Part shown: piece by piece, positions 1 to 10,395 of the stretch | How positions within the stretch are numbered: position 1 is the first letter of the stretch | How the letters are laid out: every line of letters starts with the position of its first letter | NCBI GenBank assembly: GCA_046563655.1 | Contig: CM102286.1 | Location: forward strand, 3,348,001 to 3,412,000 | Reading direction: 5' to 3' | Origin: Yuukianura sp. NJ FZ-2021 | Lineage: Eukaryota | Length of the DNA: 64,000 bases | The notes under the pieces: generated by a model | The model's input: the letters and a program-made list of their open reading frames with translations, nothing else | Database searches by the model: none | Told to the model about the DNA's origin: nothing | Translations under genes and position numbers: made by a program

Positions 1-75
1 TGTAAAGTATTTTCAATATTTCAAATTTTGTTCGATACAAACTGTGCATCTATTAATTTTGTTTGTCTGTTTCAG

Positions 76-747
76 GTTTTCCTTATTCCGGCTATGATTT
101 GTAGTATTCTGTCACTTCCGGATGAAGCATTCTTTGATTTTGTGGACAGAAATCCATCACTTGACGTTCGAGCATACTACTTACTATTTATAGTAATCGC
201 TACATCACTTATTATTTACATAGTGTGTGCATTTTGTTTTCCAATGGGAGAAAACCATGCCACACGACTTGTCTCTACTATCGTAAGTCACAAGTATATA
301 AAAAAAAACCTTATAATATAGCATAATTTCGTATCATGTTCATAATTCTTAACTTACTAACTTAGGGTATAAAATTAACTTTTTTTAAAGGTGAATCGTT
401 ATCCTTTTGTTGGTATTCAGTTTGTTCACTAAAAAAAGTAGAAATCATCAAACTAAAAAGTTTGTCGATTTTGAAAATTTGGAGGGGGGGGGGGGTAAAA
501 TTGTAAATTTTTGCAGATAAGCTGCTTTAATTCAACCTTCGAACCCTCCCCCCCTCCCAGAAATAGCTAATTTTGAAAAAAAAATGCTTTATATGTACAA
601 TAGGACTGGCTTCTTGTTCTGGTCAGTGGAACTTGTATGGTCGTTTTTGCAATTTTGCTGAAGGATCATGTCAGTGCCTACATTGAATTGCTTTGCGGTC
701 CTGCTCCTTATCACTATCACGGAGGCGAAGACGAAGCCACACTGTAA
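76..747 (+). CDS. 3' part of a small multi-pass membrane protein (MARVEL/tetraspan-like); gene starts before the window
   Basis: Exon 76-282 (cag acceptor, gtaagt donor) joins in frame to exon 604-747 (tag acceptor, TAA stop). Hydrophobic segments VFLIPAMICSIL, YYLLFIVIATSLIIYIVCAFCF and WLLVLVSGTCMVVFAILL. Confidence 0.6.
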
Positions 748-1736
748 AATTCAAGCTTTACACTTTAATTTGATCGTTGCGAATAGCCTGGGGCACTTGT
801 TCGACAATTCCTAACAAATAAGTGGACAAACTAATTGTAGAATATCTTTTATGAATTGGCAGGATCGTAATAGACTGTTCAAGACAATATTCTGAAATTG
901 CAGAGTACGTACGTTGCTACTGCCCCACAACAGTAGCTATAAAATATGGCTATTTTAAACCAGCATGGGTAAGTTCCGTCACAACTTACTAGTTTAATAT
1001 ATAGTATTTAATATAAGCAAACTTTAATATTTCTAAATGTTATTGTTGATTTGTCCACAGATATTGTGTTTTTTCGCCGGTCTATTTAGTGCTGTTATAC
1101 TTCTAATGCTTACGTACGAAGTTTTCTGTCGGAAGATGAAAAGATGAAATGTTATAATGTTAAAATCACGCATTTTTAGATTTATGTTTCTCTGGACTCT
1201 GATTCACTCGTGAGTTAGTTTTCGTTTAAAATTTCCATGCATTTCTATTTCCAGTAAGAACTTTGCTCTTTAGTTTCCTACTCCCGTTTGGCCAAATTAA
1301 GCCCCCCCCCCATTGTTGTGTATGTATTTTCGTTACTCTCAGCAGAGTAACGTGTACTTCCGTTACTCTGATCATTGTTTGAGAAAAACTTTAAATATAA
1401 TTTTTTCCTGATTTTTACAATACAGTCTGATTATTTATCAGTTAGCGAAAGCGAAATTTTGCTACAGTATTAATATTAATTCTCTTATTAGTTTTAATTT
1501 TTGCATGATACTAACGAATTAATGAAAGCCCAATGTCGTAATTCGACAGTTATTTTTTTTTTCAATCGATTTGGACATTTTGTTTGAAAGTGAAATTGTT
1601 GCAAAAAATTTCACTTTTAACAATATCCTTTGTTCTACATAGTCAAAGTAATAAAAACATTCGATTTCATTGGTAGCAGAGGTTTGATTTTCATTACGTT
1701 GAGCTACACCATTTGAGGTATATTAGCCTTTTCCTA

Positions 1737-3983
1737 ATGCGGTTCTCTTCTGGGCAATGTTGGCAAATTGCCGTTTTCATTTGTATTTTGTCATCTGTTT
1801 CTTCTGCTAAAAAGAAAAAGTCAAAGGTCAAGAAGGAATCTCCGTCTTACATTTCAATTCGGACAACTTTGGAAACACTTACGCTAAATGCAACACATAC
1901 ATGTCATGGCGGTGGATGGTTACCCGACTCTACTTACGTTAGTTGTATCTGTGTCAAAGGAATTTGGGCTGTTTCGAGCGAATACTGCGATGAAAATACT
2001 ACAATCTACACTGGCGATGGACATTGCTTCCAAATCAACAAGGTAATCCAATAAGTAAGGCGACAATTACAGTTTTTCAAATCCAAATTTTGATTGTTCT
2101 TAGAAAATCAAAAAATTGTTCAACCTGGATTCAGACAAGGCGAAACCTTTTGAATCCAGCAACTACTTGGTAGCATCTTCAGGTCAAACTTACCAAACTG
2201 TTACAAGAGTACATCAACTCGCACCGTTGGAGCAATTCAGCTACTTGTTTCGTGTCAATCCAAAGCATCCAATGTTTCAAAAATATTTAAACACACTGAC
2301 TAATGAATTTTCAATGAGTCAGTGTATGCCTTCCGTTCGGCGGGAATTTCAAACAGGAAAGGAGCAGTATGTATACATTTCTCAAGTTTCTGGAAAAAAT
2401 CACTTCAGTCTTGGAACTCCTGGGTGGTGTGACCAGAACAAAACGGCGCCATTTTGGACTATAACTGTCGGCCAAAGTTTTCGTTTGAATGGTAAATATT
2501 TTCCAAACGAGTAAGATTTATTTTGTTCTAAATTTTAAAAATTTGTTTAGATCATCAGATTACTGAAGGCAAAATTGGCAAACCAGAAAGCTGTCCTCCA
2601 CCTCGCATTTTGTCTGGTGATAAAAAGCAAAAAGACGATGAAGTTTATTACTTCACAAGTCGTAAGGCTCACAGCAAAGGGAATTCCACCAGTGGACAGA
2701 CGCAAGACATAGAAACAATTCAATACAACGAATTTGAATTTCGCATGAAAGTTAGGTCAGGATTTGATGACTATGACTTTAACGAAGAACTGCGCTGGCC
2801 AATTGAAGACGATCCGGCCAATCTAGTTAAACTTCTGGATGTTCAGACGAAACGACTCGGTGGTTACTACAAACGTTGGATATTTCATAACAATCCTGGT
2901 CCAAAGGTCTCGCATGTTAAGGAAATTGCTTATATTCAGTTTGCGCGAAAACTTTTTATCAAAACATGCAAAGCTCCTGCAGTTACAATTGTTGCGGTAA
3001 ATAACTTTTTTCGGTGGTTTCGTTGGATTTGGCGGGAATCTTTGGATGTTTACTCTTACACTCAAGGAAGCAATCATAAAGATGCACATGACCGAATCAT
3101 TGCCGCTCTATCAAATTGTTACAGTCAAGCAAGTCCATTTACAGTCAACTACAAGAAGGAATGCGGTCCACCACAAGTAAAATCACTTTGCCACACTTAA
3201 ATTCAAAAAACTGCGGCAAAATTTTATTGTGCTTTTCATTTGTTTTAATTTTTAGCCCGAATCGGTAGTGTCAGAAGGTCAAACGTATTTGGCCGATGAA
3301 GTGGCTATGCCAGAAAATGTGGCTTACGATATTTCGAAAATGGAAGCTTCAATGGAATTTATATACAAAATTATGGCTCTTACGCATCACTACTGCGCAG
3401 GATACTTTGCTGGATTTCCAACAGACCACAGCACACTCCAAGTTTCGTTTCAGTCCATGTTCAGCCCACTTATGAAAATGAGATGGTAACTTCCAACTCC
3501 AATGTGATATTTTTTTTTCAAAAACTAAAAAAAAATACTCGAATTTAAGTCCATCCAATTTCTTTGTCGTAGTATTTAATACTCAATGGTTCAAAATTCT
3601 AGGAAAAATCCGGGCAGTACAATGCGACTGCTCGAAGTTTTATGGCCGACGGTTCAAATTACCAAATTTTTTGATGCCGTTGACATTTGCATTGGCACTT
3701 CACGCGTAGTTTCAGAGTACAAGGAATTCATGGAGCGTCCGCTCGATGATGAAGTGAACGAGTAAGTCAGATTTTAAAACAACAAATTTTTTCATATTTT
3801 TAAAAAATAAGCTTTGATTGTTGTTGTATTCTTAGGGAAATTACGAAAAAGTCTCGAAAAAAGCGGAACGTATCCCAACAGCGAGATTTGTGGAACAACC
3901 TTGGCTACTGCATTGCAGATCCAGAAGAAGTTAAAGCAAGATACGGCGTCAAAGATACTTGCACAGACAATAATTTAGGTTAA
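1737..3983 (+). CDS. Uncharacterised secreted protein, about 6 exons
   Basis: ATG at 1737 gives a signal peptide (MRFSSGQCWQIAVFICILSSVSSA). ORFs 1713-2054, 2116-2514, 2610-3200 and 3268-3489 and exons at about 3603-3762 and 3836-3983 are separated by GT-AG introns. The last junctions are phase-consistent and the CDS ends ...KDTCTDNNLG*. Confidence 0.7.
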
Positions 3984-4221
3984 AAAATAAGGTCAGCGAA
4001 TACGGAAACTCAAATTTTGAAAAAAATTTCTTGTAACTTTTAATTCGCCAGTCAATATTACACTAAATTGCAACTGCCGTTGTTTGACAAGGTGTGTTGA
4101 ATTTATTTGTAACGGAACATTTGTAAGATAAGCTAAATTTGCTAACTCTGCTAACAGTGCTAGACAAATTTTTCAAACTAAATAATTCCATTCAGTTTAG
4201 AATACTTCCTTGTTGTCCACC

Positions 4222-6345
4222 TTACTCACCTCCCTGTGAAATAAAAACTTCATAAAATCCGCTGTTTTTTGTCGAAAAAACGTAACGATTTGTGTACCTT
4301 TGACAAATGGGTTCCAGGGGAATACCGATCATTGTAATAATCCAAGTGAACGTAAGTCTATAAAATTTAGCAATTTTTCGAAACCATATTTTTCTGCCAA
4401 AATGTAAAACAATTTCCCCTGCCCAAGCACCAAATCCTGCACATGCGCCTGCCGCCAGAATCAAAAATACACCAAGCAATGCTCCGATGTACAACGGCTT
4501 CGGTTTTTCATCCAGCGATTCCATGATTTCCTCCAGTTTCGTTTTGATTGTCGTGTCATTGTTCGTTCTTAGCCACTCTGCTCCTCTAACTCTCGTTCTG
4601 TAACCATTGTCTTGTTCATAAAAATCATAAAGTCCCGCCGCCAAAATTTCCAGCAAAATGCTATCGAGTGATTCAACTAATGGCGATCCTTTACGAAACG
4701 ACCAAACTATGTGACAAGTGTAGTCTGAATCTTTGGATTTCACAAACAGTGGATTCTCTTTCATGTTTGGATTGAGTGTAGCATATCTTTGAATAGCAAA
4801 TTCGGCATTGACGTTATAGTCAAGCCAAGCAGCATTTGGATTCAAAAGAGCCCGAAAAAGTCCATCAGCCGAAGTGTTTACTAACGTAGCTCGTTTCAAT
4901 ATGCGCTTGTGCATAGGATCTGGTGAATCGGCTGTGTGTTTATATGCAACTCCGCCCATCCATCGAAAGTACAATTCAAAATCTGACAAACTCAATTCGT
5001 TATGTGTTAGGGGAATTGGTGCTTGTTCTAAAAATGTTAAAAACGTTATGAGTTTTGAGCGGTAGCCAGTGCCAATGACCAAGCAAAACGCTGTCCACAG
5101 AATAATCATTAGACGAATCCTGGTCCCCTTCCACATGCGCAAAGTTGCTGATTGTTCCATCATGATTCGCCAAATGGCTTCAATCAATTGACTCAAAATA
5201 TTGCTTGGGCGGGAATTATGTGTTCGAAAATAAAAAACTGCACAGGCGTAGTACACCGGAAGTACTAAAAATAGAACTATAGCTCCAGTGAGTGCCCAAG
5301 TTGTTGGAGTCAGTGACCAAAAAATGGAACCCCAACTCATTTGAAACGGTGGAGATCGAATGTAAAAGTAGCGCGTAATCCAAACTTGTGTTACACCAGG
5401 GTCGTTGATTGGAAATCGATGAACTGTTGTAGCTACCCCAAAGGCTATGTCAGCTTCCCGCTTAAATACTTCGCCTACAGCTCCATACCAAGTTCCATTT
5501 CGTTTGAAGCCGGATGATCCCAAAAATCCGGAGGTACGAATTTCAAAAGTGAAATTTCGGCGTAAACTGGTTTCGACAAAAAGTGAAAACAAAATGCCCG
5601 AGGGCGTTTTTGATTTTGTCGGTTCATCATCGAATGCAATGTGGACAAAGGGACTGATAGAAGTGGCGACAATTTGAAAGTGCTTGCCAATGATGTGGGT
5701 ATCACATTTTCGTGAAAATAATTCCAAGTGATCTGATCCAGTCGAACAGAAATTTTTTAGAAAAAGTTGACTTTTTCCTATAAAATTTTGGTTTGTTGCA
5801 GTTTCAACTTCTTGAACCAATGCATATCGGTATCGAATTTCTCGAATTTGAATACTGGCGCTGAAAACTTGTTTTAATAAATCATGCGTACTAGTGCTGA
5901 ATATAAAATAGTCTTTGTGTGGTCGTCCAAGTTTGTGAGAAATTAAGTTAAGAGTGACATCAACAGTATTTTGAACGGAATTTGTGGTGACCAAAGTGTC
6001 AATAAAAAGTGACGCACAGTTTGTAGCGTATTGACGAACTCCGAGACGGTTTGAATTGATGATGTCATCTTCCAAAAATTCTTGTGCATATGAAAAAATT
6101 ATGTCACTCTTAAAATACGTTTGGTCAATTAACACCAGTGGTCGTAAATGACCTAGTGACAAGTGGGCGTAAGTCAATGACGTAACTTTAGTTTTGAAAT
6201 TTTGTGGAAAAATCCATGTATCACAAACAGAGTTGCCGAGAGCCAACGAGGTCAACTGCGCAGCAACATCCACATAACTCCGTACCTCACTTCTGCAAAT
6301 TTGAAAAATTGTTCCAAAAATCAAAATTTTGAAAAAGTGGGACAT
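4222..6345 (-). CDS. Divergent ionotropic receptor (iGluR-related chemosensory IR), intronless, 707 aa
   Basis: Signal peptide; S1 motif GFKRNGTWYGAVGEVFKREADIAFG..TVHR; M1 after SLTPTTW; M3 RLMIILWTAFCLVIGTGYRSKLITFLT; S2 FRKGSPL..LDSILLEILAAGL; pre-M4 PKPLYIGALLGVFLIL. Confidence 0.9.
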   Translation of the reverse strand: MSHFFKILIFGTIFQICRSEVRSYVDVAAQLTSLALGNSVCDTWIFPQNFKTKVTSLTYAHLSLGHLRPLVLIDQTYFKSDIIFSYAQEFLEDDIINSNRLGVRQYATNCASLFIDTLVTTNSVQNTVDVTLNLISHKLGRPHKDYFIFSTSTHDLLKQVFSASIQIREIRYRYALVQEVETATNQNFIGKSQLFLKNFCSTGSDHLELFSRKCDTHIIGKHFQIVATSISPFVHIAFDDEPTKSKTPSGILFSLFVETSLRRNFTFEIRTSGFLGSSGFKRNGTWYGAVGEVFKREADIAFGVATTVHRFPINDPGVTQVWITRYFYIRSPPFQMSWGSIFWSLTPTTWALTGAIVLFLVLPVYYACAVFYFRTHNSRPSNILSQLIEAIWRIMMEQSATLRMWKGTRIRLMIILWTAFCLVIGTGYRSKLITFLTFLEQAPIPLTHNELSLSDFELYFRWMGGVAYKHTADSPDPMHKRILKRATLVNTSADGLFRALLNPNAAWLDYNVNAEFAIQRYATLNPNMKENPLFVKSKDSDYTCHIVWSFRKGSPLVESLDSILLEILAAGLYDFYEQDNGYRTRVRGAEWLRTNNDTTIKTKLEEIMESLDEKPKPLYIGALLGVFLILAAGACAGFGAWAGEIVLHFGRKIWFRKIAKFYRLTFTWIITMIGIPLEPICQRYTNRYVFSTKNSGFYEVFISQGGE

Positions 6346-7068
6346 GATGTTTCACTGTTAATTTGAAAACGTAGAATAACTGGGATTGAACATAACTTAT
6401 GAGATGCAACTCGACCTTGCATGTTGAACTTACACAACATTTTGCTTTTAGTTAGGATGATCAATAAAACTCAAATTGGTGTCAAAATGTCGAAATATGC
6501 TTCAAGTGTCCTGCTTTAGTAGGTACTCAAGTTCCAAAAAAAAATCAATCAATTAAAATGTCAACTGAGATCTATCAACGATATATTTCTTGACTTGTCA
6601 AAGGCCATGGAGTTGCGCCGTTAGCGTAACTGTTTATGACGGTATTCTTGACAAAGAAAAGTATAACCGGTTTGCATGACGTAAATGTTTGAGGAAAACA
6701 TTCACATGTCTTGGTTGCTTTTTCAATGGAGATGTTCAGAAAACAATTCCAATACATGTATGAATTTTAGTTCACATGTTCTAACTGGAAGTATAAATAG
6801 ACTTAGTCATTATCCGGATTAATTACGTGCGAAATTTTCTAACCACAAACTAACGCTCGTTCAAAGTTCAATTTGTTGAGTACTAGAATAAAGTTGAAAA
6901 CATTCTGTCATAAATAAGTCAGTCCAGTCTCAGGCGTTCCTTCATCACATTGTGCTGCAACTTAAAATATTTCACATTTCATTAAAATAAAAAAGTTCGT
7001 CTTAAAATATTTCAACTAAAAACATTTCAAACATTGTAGCCTACAATAATACTTGCGGCATATTTAAA

Positions 7069-7447
7069 ATGGGGTAAGAAAATGAAATCCTCCGATGAAA
7101 ATAATTTGTTTCAAACTACAAAGTATTAATATTTCGTTATAATTTGACTTGAACTTTTCACGTTTAGAGAAATTTCGGGGGCTTTAATTTTGACAACTAT
7201 TGTCCTTTTGACGTTTTTGAATGTCCAAAACACTTCTGCGAAGGTGGATGACGGGAAAGCCTGCATATGTTACACAAATGGACGTCTTTGTGGCCAAGCA
7301 ATGGGTGGAAACTGTCTCAGAAACGTACTATATCGATGTACTGGACCTGGACGGCCAGCAGTAGTCCATGAAGTGTGCAAAAAACATTGCCAAATATTTC
7401 GCATGACTTTTCCATCCAGCGGTCACCATCACTGCGTTCAAAGTTGA
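7069..7447 (+). CDS. Small secreted 8-cysteine peptide (about 94 aa precursor)
   Basis: 5-nt first exon ATGGG|gtaag at 7069-7073 and acceptor tttag at 7167 give MGEISGALILTTIVLLTFLNVQNTSA-KVDDGKACICYTNGRLCGQAMGGNCLRNVLYRCTGPGRPAVVHEVCKKHCQIFRMTFPSSGHHHCVQS*. AATAAA near 7550. Confidence 0.8.
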
Positions 7448-8373
7448 TGAAAACTTTGCGGGAAGAAAAACAGTTTCTATCTATATAAGTTTTATTTTAA
7501 TAACTTTATTATTGATTTATGCCAAAACTCTGTTACGAATACGATAGGAAATAAAATCTACCCAAAAAAAACTTGGTTAAAGTTTCATTGAAATTCATAA
7601 TTCCAGATTCGTATCTCAACTTTGAAATTAGAAGATTACAGTATAAGTCAAGAAATGGAAATCCTTTTGTCTGTGTAAATTGGTGAAGTTAATTAAAAAT
7701 CTTTTAGACACAAAGGCCAAAATTTTATGTGCTCCCTTCTGACAGATTTATGCTTTGACTTTTGGCATCACACCGTCCTTGGGACTCAAGCAAGGTTTTT
7801 AGTTACTTGGGAACTTAATTTGAATTTTAAAATAACTATGCATTTTACAAAAAAAGAAAGAAGATTAATATTTCTAAGGGCAAGGGGGTGACTCGTTCAA
7901 CATTGAATTTTGAAGTCGAAGTTCTGAGCAGTAAGCTCTGTAAATTCCTTTATTTGACCTCTGTGACAAAATATTGAACAACCCCATATACACTTTGTAT
8001 AAAATTTACATTGAGAAAAAAGCATCTTCATGTCCAAATTAAAATACAAGTTAATCTTGAACCTCTTGATTTCTTTTGTTTTAACTTTGTCAATCTCCAT
8101 TCACACCTCAAAAAAGACAATAACTGCATCATCTACCTCAAAGCTCCCCCAAATGTACTAGTCCATCTTGACACTTTTGAATTAACACAGTTAACTTTTG
8201 TTGCCAAAAATTTATATAAAGGCACAAACTGCATTTGGAGGAGAACTGGTGACTGTGTTTAGTAATCACTTTTCAGTACACGCAGAAGCACGTCGTCGCT
8301 TTGTTAAAAAGCGTCTGCGTCCCAGTCAGTCCAAGTTTGTAGCAAAAGGATTCCAAACAACAAAAATTTTGGA

Positions 8374-10106
8374 ATGTGGAAACTCGTACTTTTAGTAACG
8401 TTAAGTTTACTTCACCAAAATGTGGAATGTCAGAGACATTCGAATTCATTTTCGGACGACCAACAGCAGCGTCAAGTAGAGGACTTGGATTTTTCACGTT
8501 TCCAGCAGCAACGAAAACTTCCAACGAAAGGCGGAAATGAAGAGGAAAGCCAATCATCAGGACAGGGGAATCAGCCTGACGACGACGTAAACTTCTGGCG
8601 CCAAAAAATTTGAATTTTTTTGGTTTAAGGATTACGGTTTTTTGAAAACGCGTGTTAACGACATACGAAAGAAGACTTCTTTTTTGTTTCCATTTTTTAA
8701 AATTCTCTGAAATAGTTTGATTTTTTCAGACCGACCTTTTTTAATTCTCTGAAATCGTTTTGATTTTTTTTCAGACCGACCATAAGCCAGGACTTCCGTA
8801 CAACTTTGCCTACTCAGTTAAAGATGGAGACACCGACTTTTCACAAAAAGTTGACTCCGATGGTGAAGTAGTCAACGGGGAATATAGAGTTGCGTTGCCG
8901 GATGGCCGAGTGCAAGTTGTATTGTACACAGCTGATTGGAAAAACGGATTCAACCCGAAGATTAGTTATGATGGCGTAACACAACCGCCACCGACACGAC
9001 CACCGCCGACTCAACCACCACGGTGTCAACCTGGATACATTCGTCAACCAGGGTCAAACCAATGTGTACTGCCGCCATGTCAACAAGGATACTTCCGTCC
9101 ACCAGGAGGAACCCAATGTATACCACAACCTTGTCCACCAGGTTTCATCCGCCATCCAGGATCAGACGAATGTCGTCAGATGCCCATGCCAGATGAAGAG
9201 GAAGAAGATGTCCAAGCAGCCGGGTCAACTCCATGTGACGAGCCACTAATCAAACAGGAAGATGGTTCATGTGCTTGCCCGCCTCCACAGGTCCAATTGC
9301 GTGACGGTTCTTGTGGATGCCCACCTCCGCAGATTTTACAACGAGATGGTTCCTGTGGATGCCCATATCCACAAATTCTACAACGAGATGGTTCCTGTAG
9401 ATGCCCACCTCCGCAAATCTTACAACGAGATGGTTCTTGCGGATGCCAATATCCACTAATCCTACAACGAGACGGTTCTTGCCAATGCCCAGCTCCGCAA
9501 ATTCAACTACCAAATGGTTCTTGCGGTTGTCCGCCACCACAAGTCCTACAGCGAGATGGTTCTTGCGGATGCCAATATCCACTAATCTTACAACAAGACG
9601 GTTCTTGCCAATGCCCAGCTCCGCAAATTCAACTACCAAATGGTTCTTGCGGATGCCCACCTCCACAAATCTTACAAGCTGATGGTTCCTGTGGGTGCCC
9701 GCCTGGACAAAACCTAGAGAATGGACAATGTGTCGAATCCTACGAAGAAAATGACTCACAATCACTTCTTCCAACGTGTAACCCCGGCCAAAAACAAGGA
9801 CCCAATGGTAACTGCATTGATGAAACTGAAGAAGAGGTTCAGCCGGGTGGATACTTGCCGAAACAACCGGATTGTCCACCAGGGTATGTCAGATATCCAG
9901 GACCAGGAATCAGCAATTGTGGAAAAGACTACAATACGAAGTATCGTCGCGCCAGTACAAGAAGCAAACGATCCCCATCACAAAGTCTTTTGCCTACTGA
10001 CCCACCACCAACTTGTGTCCCGGAAGTCAAATGCCCACCAAACCTATACGAAACTCCTAACCAGCCACCTCAAGTTAGGTTGAACCGAAAATTCGGATAC
10101 TACTGA
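8374..10106 (+). CDS. Cuticular protein with Rebers-Riddiford (RR-2/pro-resilin-like) chitin-binding domain and Cys-rich tandem repeats
   Basis: Exon 1 8374-8586 (signal peptide MWKLVLLVTLSLL...), exon 2 8775-10106. RR consensus PYNFAYSVKD...DSDGEVVNGEYRVALPDGRVQVVLYTADWKNGFNPKISYDG. Confidence 0.9.
9234..9735 (+). repeat. Coding tandem repeat, 42-nt unit (14 aa CPPPQILQRDGSCG), about 12 copies
   Basis: Visible in both DNA and translation; units 5-7 recur as units 8-10 (126-nt higher-order duplication). Confidence 0.95.
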
Positions 10107-10395
10107 TCCTGCAACTTTCTTCAAAACGCTGTTTTAAACAACTTTTGCTACAGTCACATTTGAATACAATTTCTTCATTTTTCTAAATCCACTTCTTTGA
10201 TACTTTTTTACGGCCAGTTTTCAGATATTCATTCTTTACTTCTTTTTTAAACTTCTTTTCAATAAAATTTCATAGCATTAGTTCCTTTTTAGACTATTTT
10301 TCTTCTCCAATTTTTTTTCTAAAATTCTGTAGTTCTGTACCCAAATTTCTTATTCGGCTTTGATTTGGTTAGTAAATTTCTTATTTTCCAAAATC

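Noticed and set aside
478..560. G-run and C-run inverted pair in an intron
   Set aside because: Low-complexity match with no clear TIR or TSD.
1331..1370. Short hairpin CGTTACTCT-CAGC-AGAGTAACG with a third copy of the motif
   Set aside because: Too short to assign; could be a promoter motif or repeat remnant but no further support.
9250..9879. 209-aa antisense ORF and alternative-frame ORFs over the Cys repeat
   Set aside because: Shadows of the 42-nt coding repeat, which propagates stop-free frames.
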